A stretch of 18,690 nucleotides of DNA from Candidatus Eiseniibacteriota bacterium (GTDB taxonomy: Bacteria; Eisenbacteria; RBG-16-71-46; JABDJR01; JAWXBZ01): positions 1 through 18,690 of the forward strand of contig JAWXBZ010000042.1 of NCBI GenBank assembly GCA_034440375.1. The letters are read 5' to 3'. The first letter of the stretch is position 1, and each line of letters starts with the position of its first letter. The notes below the pieces were generated by a model. It ran no database searches and had not been told where the DNA came from. It saw nothing but the letters and a program-made list of their open reading frames with translations. Positions 10,947-18,690 of this stretch are shown in pieces. Made by a program: the position numbers and the translations under genes.

Positions 10947-12546
10947 CAAAACTCGCACGCATGGACCCGCGCGATTCACCCCCGATCGCGCCGCATGCCC
11001 GGCCTTACAACTCTATTGCCGGGCGGTGCTTGGCTGTCTTGCATTCCTCGGATCAATCATCGCGGCACCTGCCTCCGCTGAACTTCTTCGAATCCTTCAC
11101 ACGAACGACATTCATTCCCACCTGGAGCCATTCCAGTCCGTTTCCGGGGATACCATGGGCGGATTGGCACGCCTCGCCACGCTGATCGAGGCGGAACGGC
11201 AGGATATGTCGGCCTGCCTGCTCCTGGACGGCGGCGACCTCTTCCAGGGAACACCATTCTTCAATTTCTTCCACGGGGCGGCGGAGGTCCGCTGCCTTTC
11301 TGAGATGGCGTACGACGCCATGGTTCTTGGAAACCACGAATTGGACGAAGGGGCGTTCAATGTCTGGAAGCAGATGCATGACCACGCCGGCTTCGCCTTC
11401 CTCGGGAGCAACGTTGAGGTCAAGTCGTGGGTCAAGACCGACCCGATCGACATGTCCGACTCTTCGTGGGTGCCACTCGGCCGACCATACATCCTGGCCA
11501 GGGCCGGCAATCTCCGGATCGGGTTGATCGGCGTCACCACGGAGGATCTGCCGTGGATCGTGTCGCCCGGGCGGCTGGAGAATGTCCGCGTGCAACCGAT
11601 CATCGATACCGTTCGGCGATTGATGACGGATCTCCGCCCCCGCGCGGATCTTGTCGTCGTTTTGAGTCATTCCGGTGTCCCCGCCGACAGCCTGCTGGCG
11701 CTGGCCGTTCCTGGCATCGATGTCATCGTGGGCGGCCACTCGCACACCGCGCTCGAGACGGCGGTCCTGGTCCGGAACCCGGCCAACGACAACGGCATCG
11801 GAGGCACCTTGATTGTCCAGGCGGGCCAATGGGGACAATTCCTCGGCCGGCTCGACCTGGATGTGGCCGACAAAAAGATCAATTCGTGGCAATCAAGACT
11901 CTTGCCAGTCACGAGCAAACTGCGTGAAGACAGGAAGATACGAACGCTTGTGGGGCTGTACGCCGACACGCTGGGGCCACTGGTCAACGAGGTGCTGACG
12001 GAGTGCCGGACGTCGATGTTTAATGCCGATGCCCGGCTCCGTGAAACCTCGCTGGGCAATCTGATCACCGACCTCATGCGGCAGTCGGGCCCGGTGGACA
12101 TCGCGGTTCAGAACGGTGGGGGCCTGCGCGGCGATCTGGTCGCCGGGCCGGTACGGGTGCGCGATATTTTCACCATCCTCCCGTTCGACAACACGCTGGT
12201 CGAGCTGACACTCGACGGCCGCGGCGTTCTTTGCCTGCTCGAGGAGAGCGTCGTGAAAGTTGGAGATGGTGGCTTTCTGTCCGTGTCCGGTCTGACCTTT
12301 CGAGCCACGTCCGATGGGCGCGTCGCGGATGTCCATGTCGGCGAGAGGCCGCTCGACCCGGACGCCAGCTATCGGCTGGTCACGAACAACTTCACGGCGT
12401 CCGGCGGAGATGGCTTCACCGCCTTCCTCCGGGCCAGGAAGCGGATGGACACCGGAGTCCTGGTTCGCGATGCGGTCATCGAGCGGTTGCGAGGTGCCTC
12501 GCCTCTCACCGCCCCACTCCTCGGGCGAATCCGCTATTCCGACTAG
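10918..12546 (+). CDS. Secreted bifunctional metallophosphatase/5'-nucleotidase (UshA-like)
   Basis: Signal-peptide-like segment ending APASA; HTNDIHS, GDLFQG, GNHE, LSHSG and GGHSH metal motifs; C-terminal NGGGLR, LPFDN and GGDGF. Start uncertain (ATG 10918 or GTG 11026). Its stop overlaps the convergent cytochrome stop (CTAG, 12543-12546). Confidence 0.92.
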   Translation: MLAAPAGPVNKTRTHGPARFTPDRAACPALQLYCRAVLGCLAFLGSIIAAPASAELLRILHTNDIHSHLEPFQSVSGDTMGGLARLATLIEAERQDMSACLLLDGGDLFQGTPFFNFFHGAAEVRCLSEMAYDAMVLGNHELDEGAFNVWKQMHDHAGFAFLGSNVEVKSWVKTDPIDMSDSSWVPLGRPYILARAGNLRIGLIGVTTEDLPWIVSPGRLENVRVQPIIDTVRRLMTDLRPRADLVVVLSHSGVPADSLLALAVPGIDVIVGGHSHTALETAVLVRNPANDNGIGGTLIVQAGQWGQFLGRLDLDVADKKINSWQSRLLPVTSKLREDRKIRTLVGLYADTLGPLVNEVLTECRTSMFNADARLRETSLGNLITDLMRQSGPVDIAVQNGGGLRGDLVAGPVRVRDIFTILPFDNTLVELTLDGRGVLCLLEESVVKVGDGGFLSVSGLTFRATSDGRVADVHVGERPLDPDASYRLVTNNFTASGGDGFTAFLRARKRMDTGVLVRDAVIERLRGASPLTAPLLGRIRYSD

Positions 12547-12962
12547 CGGCCGGGCTTTGCGCCGAGGGGCATCGAGGAGGGGATCTCTTTCAGCTTGCCA
12601 CGATGGCAGGTGTAGCAGCTGTATTCCCAGGACGCGCCGGCCGGTCGATACTTGTTGTTGAGCCAATCGACCATCCCGAGCTTGTAGTGGGCAAAGATCT
12701 TCATCTCCTTCTCGAAGCTCGCGTAGTCCTTCGTATTGTGGCAGTAATCGCACTTGGCCCCGATCTCCGCCGACATCTTCTTCATGACCTTGCGAATTTC
12801 GGTGTCCGAGAGGTCCTTGTAGTACGTCCGGCCCGATGGCTTCTTCTTCTGGGCTTGCGGGGTCTTGAAAGCGGGATACTCGCCGACCTGGAAGCCGGTC
12901 AGCGTGATCAGAATCGCCAGCGCGGTCAGCGTGCCGAACAGAATGCCGAGTCTGGATTTCAT
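12543..12962 (-). CDS. Small diheme c-type cytochrome, reaction-centre cytochrome (PufC/CytoC_RC)-like fold
   Basis: N-terminal signal/anchor MKSRLGILFGTLTALAILITLTG; two CxxCH motifs (CDYCH, CYTCHRG); 139 aa. The ATG overlaps the upstream stop. Confidence 0.85.
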   Translation of the reverse strand: MKSRLGILFGTLTALAILITLTGFQVGEYPAFKTPQAQKKKPSGRTYYKDLSDTEIRKVMKKMSAEIGAKCDYCHNTKDYASFEKEMKIFAHYKLGMVDWLNNKYRPAGASWEYSCYTCHRGKLKEIPSSMPLGAKPGR

Positions 12963-13315
12963 TTCTTCTCTTTCTTGTCTCCGACCATGAAGTTGAGGAG
13001 CGTGGCCACGATCGACACGACCAGGGCGGCGAGGATGGCGCTGCCGAAGCCATCCACATGAAACTCCTTCACGAATTTTGCCGTTACCGCCATCAGGAGG
13101 CCGTTGATCACAAGGGTAAAGAGCCCGAGCGTCAGCAAATTGATCGGCAGCGTCAGCAGGACCAGTATCGGGCGTACGAAGCTGTTCAGGAGGCTCAGAA
13201 TTACCGCGGCCAAAATGGCACCGGGCAGCGTATCGATCCTGACCCCCGGAATGATCGACCCGGCGATCAGCACCGCAACTGTCATGACGATGAACCGAAT
13301 GATCAAACCGACCAT
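12959..13315 (-). CDS. YvlD/DUF360 'phage holin family' 4-TM membrane protein
   Basis: LLNSFVRPILVLLTLPINLLTLGLFTLVINGL signature and VDGFGSAIL; GGAGG RBS before ATG 13315; 118 aa. Confidence 0.9.
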   Translation of the reverse strand: MVGLIIRFIVMTVAVLIAGSIIPGVRIDTLPGAILAAVILSLLNSFVRPILVLLTLPINLLTLGLFTLVINGLLMAVTAKFVKEFHVDGFGSAILAALVVSIVATLLNFMVGDKKEKK

Positions 13316-13354
13316 GGCTTCCTCCGAAGGGGCGTTTGAGCGAACCAGCCACTT

Positions 13355-13383
13355 AGAATCGGCGGGACACGGACCGCCGTCAA
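13355..13383 (-). promoter_or_regulatory. Possible sigma70-type promoter for the YvlD-cytochrome pair
   Basis: Minus strand: TTGACG, 17 nt, GATTCT (weak -10). Confidence 0.4.
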
Positions 13384-13408
13384 GCCGATCCAGTTCCCGC
13401 TGGACACT

Positions 13409-13435
13409 CTGGCACTCGAACAGGTAGAGTGCCAG
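13409..13435. promoter_or_regulatory. CIRCE element (HrcA operator)
   Basis: Perfect inverted repeat CTGGCACTC-N9-GAGTGCCAG, close to the consensus TTAGCACTC-N9-GAGTGCTAA, upstream of groES. Overlaps a candidate promoter TGGACA (13401-13406), 18 nt, TAGAGT (13425-13430). Confidence 0.9.
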
Positions 13436-13693
13436 TCGGTCAGAGGGGGTGCCGGACGCGACGGGGTTCACACGTCGGGTTGGACACCGAAAATAAGCTG
13501 TAACGCGTTATATTTAATTGAGTTAGCGCGACAGAATCGTTTTTCGATTGCCATTTTGGCGTCCCCTGCGGATCAAATGCCCCAAACGCCCAGATTGGGC
13601 AGCTCTTGCCCAAATGACTTCGGCTCGCGTCTGGCGGGACGGTCGACATTTCGGACAGTTCGTTCAGAATCACTGGAAAGGAGTCTTACGGAA

Positions 13694-13981
13694 ATGAAGG
13701 TTCAGCCTCTCGCCGACCGCATCCTGGTCAAGCGTCTCGACGCCTCCGAGGAAAAGCGGGGTGGCATCATCATCCCGGATACCGCCAAGGAAAAGCCCCA
13801 GCAGGGCGAAGTCATCGCCGTCGGCCCGGGTCGCTTGAGCGACGACGGCAAGCGGATCCCCCTGGAGGTCGTGAAGGGGAGCAAAGTGTTGCTGGGCAAG
13901 TATTCCGGCACCGAGGTCAAGATCGACGGCCTGGAGTACATCATCCTCCGCGAAGACGACATCCTCGGAATTGTCGGCTGA
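13694..13981 (+). CDS. groES: Co-chaperonin GroES
   Basis: [43 protein letters not shown] and REDDILGI motifs; AAGGAG RBS. Confidence 0.99.
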   Translation: MKVQPLADRILVKRLDASEEKRGGIIIPDTAKEKPQQGEVIAVGPGRLSDDGKRIPLEVVKGSKVLLGKYSGTEVKIDGLEYIILREDDILGIVG

Positions 13982-14071
13982 TTCCAGGTCCGTTCAACCG
14001 TCCATTTGAGGTCATTATTTGACGTCGGCGCGGAACCAATCGCGCCGTTACTTAACAAAAGGAGTGTCTGA

Positions 14072-15724
<1,653 letters not shown>

Positions 15725-15789
15725 GATTTGAAAAACCCCGGCGGCCGGTCAATCAGATAATCGGAACGGCCATCGGATTTGAATCGAAG

Positions 15790-15829
15790 AGAGGGGCGTC
15801 GGGGTTATTCCCGGCGCCCCTTTTGATTT
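15790..15829 (+). terminator. Rho-independent terminator of groESL
   Basis: AGGGGCGTCGGG-GTTATT-CCCGGCGCCCCT stem followed by TTTGATTT. Confidence 0.85.
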
Positions 15830-15859
15830 GTCTCTCGTATGGGGGTGGGAGCTGGAGCG

Positions 15860-16252
15860 CTACGGGGCGCACCCATCCCTACCATCAATCTGAGCATCGA
15901 GTCCGATGCGGATCCACCCAATTTGGCCGCTTGAAGCCTTGAGCCTGACCCACCATTCACTTATTGGCGGTTGCTCTGCGATGGCCACCGGAAGGCCGTC
16001 ATCGCCCGGCAACCCGAAGGCAGGAACCTTTTCACCTTTTTCAAAAACCTCAATAGTATGAATCTCCCCCTTGTACCAGACGTCAAATGCCCCTTCACCT
16101 CGATAGACGAGCATCCAGACGGTGTCTCCTGCCTTGAATCCACCGCCCGACCTCACGATTGTCGCTGTGCCAGGGCTCGTGACGATGACGTCACCGCTTA
16201 TGAGCTTACCCGAGGCGGGTTTTGTGAAAAAGTGGCCCGCCAGCCGCGGAAC
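15860..16252 (-). pseudogene. Probable 5'-truncated hypothetical protein (SH3-like C-terminus)
   Basis: The frame is open from 16252 to the stop at 15860 with no convincing start or RBS. Contains VYRGEGAFDVWYKG and EWWVRLKASSGQIGWI...DGC. Lower GC than groEL. Confidence 0.55.
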
Positions 16253-16258
16253 TCAGTC

Positions 16259-16293
16259 TGGACAAGTAAGAGTCTTACTGGTAGAATTCTTAC
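16259..16293 (+). promoter_or_regulatory. TA operon promoter with two operator-like inverted repeats
   Basis: TGGACA (16259-16264), 17 nt, TAGAAT (16282-16287) with extended TG. Repeats AGTAAG-agt-CTTACT (16265-16279) and GTAGA-att-CTTAC (16281-16293). Confidence 0.8.
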
Positions 16294-16305
16294 AAGGAGG
16301 ACATG

Positions 16306-16536
16306 ATGCGTATTACCAGCAAGGGTCAGGTAACAATTCCCCTGTCGATCCGCAAGAAACTGGGACTGCTCCCGGACACCGATGTGACCTTCGAGGTCGA
16401 TGGGTCGACCGTCCGCATTCGCAAGGTGACGAACAGTGACCGCGGCCGGGGCCGCCGGCTCGTCGAGCAGATGCGAGGGCGGGCCACGGTCCGGATGACA
16501 ACCGACGAAATTATGGCGTTGACCCGCAAGCGATGA
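16306..16536 (+). CDS. vapB: AbrB/MazE/SpoVT-family antitoxin (VapB-like)
   Basis: MRITSKGQVTIPLSIRKKLGL swapped-hairpin motif and MTTDEIMALTR tail; AAGGAGG RBS; ATGA overlap with the toxin gene. Confidence 0.92.
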   Translation: MRITSKGQVTIPLSIRKKLGLLPDTDVTFEVDGSTVRIRKVTNSDRGRGRRLVEQMRGRATVRMTTDEIMALTRKR

Positions 16537-16943
16537 CTCCCATCCTGGTCGACAGCAATGTCATCCTGGATATCGTGACATCGGATCCCACCTGGGGTGC
16601 GTGGTCAACCGGGGCACTTGAGCAATGCGCCGACGAATCGGAACTGGTCATCAATCCCATCATCTATGCCGAAGTGTCCATTGGCTTCAAAACCATCGAG
16701 GCTCTCGAAGCCGCCCTTCCGCCTGGAAACTTTCGCCGGGAGGGGCTCCCCTGGGAAGCCGGTTTCCTGGCCGGCAAGTGTTTCCTGAAGTACCGACGAC
16801 AAAAGGGGATTCGAACGACGCCGCTCCCCGATTTCTACATCGGAGCCCACGCCGCCATTGGCGGCTACCGTCTGTTGACGCGCGATGCCGCCCGATTTCG
16901 CACTTACTTTCCAACAGTCAAGCTGATCGCTCCGACGCGGTAG
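16533..16943 (+). CDS. vapC: PIN-domain toxin (VapC family)
   Basis: LVDSNVILD, IYAEVS, PLPDFYIGAHA and LLTRD: the acidic catalytic residues are present. Confidence 0.94.
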   Translation: MTPILVDSNVILDIVTSDPTWGAWSTGALEQCADESELVINPIIYAEVSIGFKTIEALEAALPPGNFRREGLPWEAGFLAGKCFLKYRRQKGIRTTPLPDFYIGAHAAIGGYRLLTRDAARFRTYFPTVKLIAPTR

Positions 16944-16957
16944 GGATCGCTCGCAAC

Positions 16958-17431
16958 TCAATCGTCCAGCCGCGACGTATCCAGAAACCGCCCCTCATGC
17001 TCCGGCCCCGGCACCAGGCAGGTCTCCCGCCGGCCAAACCACCGGTAACGATTCCGTGCCACGATGTCGTAGGCCCAATCCCGCACGATGCGCGGCACAA
17101 TCCAACCAATCCCTGACAGCCACCAGGGGAACGGCAGTCGCGAGGCAATGCGCAGGACCGCCGTCGATCGCGTCGATACCCGCCCACCTTCGACCAGCAG
17201 CATCGTCCCCGACATGCCGGTTGAAAACCCGAACCATTTCATGATGGCCTGACCCTCCGGCGATTGGATGGCCGCAAGTCGAAACGCCCGGCGGCGATCG
17301 AATCGAAGAAGGAACTGCACTGAACCGTTGCAGAGATTGCAGACGCCGTCGAAGAGAATGATGCGGTCGTCGAGGCCGACGAGGGGAGGTAAGCCGGACC
17401 CGGTATCGTTGCTCATGCGTTGAGGCGGCAC
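16958..17431 (-). CDS. DCC-family thiol-disulfide oxidoreductase (DUF393/YuxK-like)
   Basis: ILFDGVCNLCNG (DxxCxxC), AAIQS and AYDIVARNRYRWFGR. Start is GTG 17431 or ATG 17416. Confidence 0.92.
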   Translation of the reverse strand: MPPQRMSNDTGSGLPPLVGLDDRIILFDGVCNLCNGSVQFLLRFDRRRAFRLAAIQSPEGQAIMKWFGFSTGMSGTMLLVEGGRVSTRSTAVLRIASRLPFPWWLSGIGWIVPRIVRDWAYDIVARNRYRWFGRRETCLVPGPEHEGRFLDTSRLDD

Positions 17432-17479
17432 ATCCTCGATGCCCCCGGCGGGGCGACGCTCGATGGGGCGCCTTTCATG

Positions 17480-17596
17480 TCACTCCGCATAGGTCTTGGC
17501 GATGGTCATCCGACCGAGCGTTGGGTCGGGGTTTTCGACGTTTGAGGGCTGGGGAGTGAGGTTGACGTCGAATGGGCCGCGGGCCGGTGCTGTCAT
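17480..17596 (-). pseudogene. DUF3224-like N-terminal remnant
   Basis: Not in the ORF track. Reads MTAPARGPFDVNLTPQPSNVENPDPTLGRMTIAKTYAE*, matching my recollection of the DUF3224 N-terminus (A.G.F.V.L.PQ...LGRM.I.K.F.GDL.G). Confidence 0.6.
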
Positions 17597-17681
17597 GGGG
17601 TTCCCCGTTCCTGAGAAACGTCGACTGGTGCTCCTGCGATGCCGTCAGCCTACCAGTTCTGTTCGGATCCCCACCCCACCC

Positions 17682-18690
17682 TCAATCCTTGTACGGATCC
17701 ACCACGTCTTCCCCCGCCATCGCCACGCCGATCGGCGTCAGCGTGTGGAGGATGCGGACGCTGGCGGCATGGTGCGCCAGGACTTCGGGCAGCCGCTTGT
17801 AGCAGTGCGGCGATTCGTCGGTGCCCGCCCCGCGCAATTCCACGCCCTCGCGCCGGATCCAGGCCATCATCATCTCCCTCGAGATCGCCCCCGGCGACAG
17901 CGATTCCCCCGTCCGCCAGTTAATCTTGCCGCGGGCCGCCGTCCGGCTCATGACCCGCCCCGCGCCATGCACGGTGGAGTAGAGAGAATGCTTCCCCTCG
18001 TCGGATTCGACCCCCTCAAGAATCACGGAGATGTCCCCCATCGATCCTCCCACGAATCCCCTTTGCCCCGGAAAGGCCGGTGTGGCCCCCTTCCTCACGA
18101 CCCAGAGATCCCGCCCCTCATGCCGCTCGCGCCAGGCAAAATTGTGATGGTTGTGCACCTCGTCCACGATCCCGGCACCGAGCATGCGGGCCAATTCCGC
18201 GCAGACCCAATCGCGCCCGGCGTAGGCATATCGCCCAGCCAGGTTCATGCAGGCCAGGTAGTCTGTCCCGAGATCGGAATTCACCGGCAGGAGCAGCGGG
18301 TCCACGTCCATGCCATCCTTCGCCCCGCCCGCCTTCAGAAAAAACGTGGCCGTCTTGTGCCCCAACCCGCGCGAACCGAAGTGGACGCCGATCCAGGTCC
18401 GACCCAGTTCGTCCTCGAACAGGTCGACGTAGTGATTACCCGACCCGATGGTTCCGAGCTGCTCGCGCGCCGTTTTCTTGAGTGGAGCCACCGCCGCCAT
18501 CGACCAGGTCGGATCGTCGAAAAGCTCATGATCGACCCGCTGATCGTTCTTCTGCCCCATGCCAAACGAGAGGCGCTTCCAGATGTCATCCATGATCATT
18601 GAGATGTTGCGTCGAACTTCCGCCGCCGGCAGATCCGTCAGCACCGCCTTGTTGCCGCAGGCAATGTCGTAGCCGACGCCGGAGGGGCTG
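17682..18690 (-). CDS. rtcB: RtcB-family RNA ligase (partial, 5' end outside window)
   Basis: SPSGVGYDIACGN at the window edge, QLGTIGSGNHY, HFGSRGLG, HNHHNFA, VRKGATPA, GSMG, HGAGR and DESPHCYK motifs. Confidence 0.95.
   Translation of the reverse strand, partial: SPSGVGYDIACGNKAVLTDLPAAEVRRNISMIMDDIWKRLSFGMGQKNDQRVDHELFDDPTWSMAAVAPLKKTAREQLGTIGSGNHYVDLFEDELGRTWIGVHFGSRGLGHKTATFFLKAGGAKDGMDVDPLLLPVNSDLGTDYLACMNLAGRYAYAGRDWVCAELARMLGAGIVDEVHNHHNFAWRERHEGRDLWVVRKGATPAFPGQRGFVGGSMGDISVILEGVESDEGKHSLYSTVHGAGRVMSRTAARGKINWRTGESLSPGAISREMMMAWIRREGVELRGAGTDESPHCYKRLPEVLAHHAASVRILHTLTPIGVAMAGEDVVDPYKD

Noticed and set aside
6493..12546. cdaA, ppk2 and 5'-nucleotidase as one nucleotide-signalling system
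   Set aside because: They lie in separate transcription units on different strands, and the nucleotidase appears secreted; only proximity links them.
12543..13315. Prophage (holin) or photosynthesis (PufC) interpretation
   Set aside because: No phage or puf/bch genes nearby; both families occur widely outside those contexts, and the cytochrome has only two heme motifs.
12963..13352. Long 269-aa version of the cytochrome ORF
   Set aside because: The extension overlaps the YvlD-like gene in another frame; the signal peptide starts at ATG 12962.
13409..13425. Sigma54 promoter at TGGCAC
   Set aside because: No TTGC at the -12 position; fully explained as the CIRCE left arm.
17496..18602. 368-aa plus-strand ORF opposite rtcB
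   Set aside because: Antisense shadow of rtcB; no recognisable domain.

Overview
High-GC bacterial chromosomal window with a housekeeping core and decaying accessory flanks. Core, left to right: tilS-ftsH-folP-cdaA (+); a convergent minus-strand run of a small winged-helix gene (DUF2582-like), thiL, a catabolic-type ornithine carbamoyltransferase and ppk2; a secreted 5'-nucleotidase (+); a YvlD/holin-like membrane protein coupled to a small diheme PufC-like cytochrome c (-); and CIRCE-controlled groES-groEL (+). The flanks carry a truncated cysteine synthase, a lipoprotein, a gamma-glutamylcyclotransferase, a 5'-truncated hypothetical gene beside a vapBC module, a DCC thiol-disulfide protein, a DUF3224-like remnant and the 3' part of rtcB. 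I found no rRNA, tRNA, CRISPR array, integrase or transposase. Best leads: the diheme cytochrome with Lys at a conserved Met ligand position and its membrane partner; the OTCase-PPK2 coupling without arcA/arcC, with a 22-codon ORF upstream; and long structured leaders before groES and ftsH. None is a demonstrated new system. All family calls come from motif recognition by eye, not database searches.
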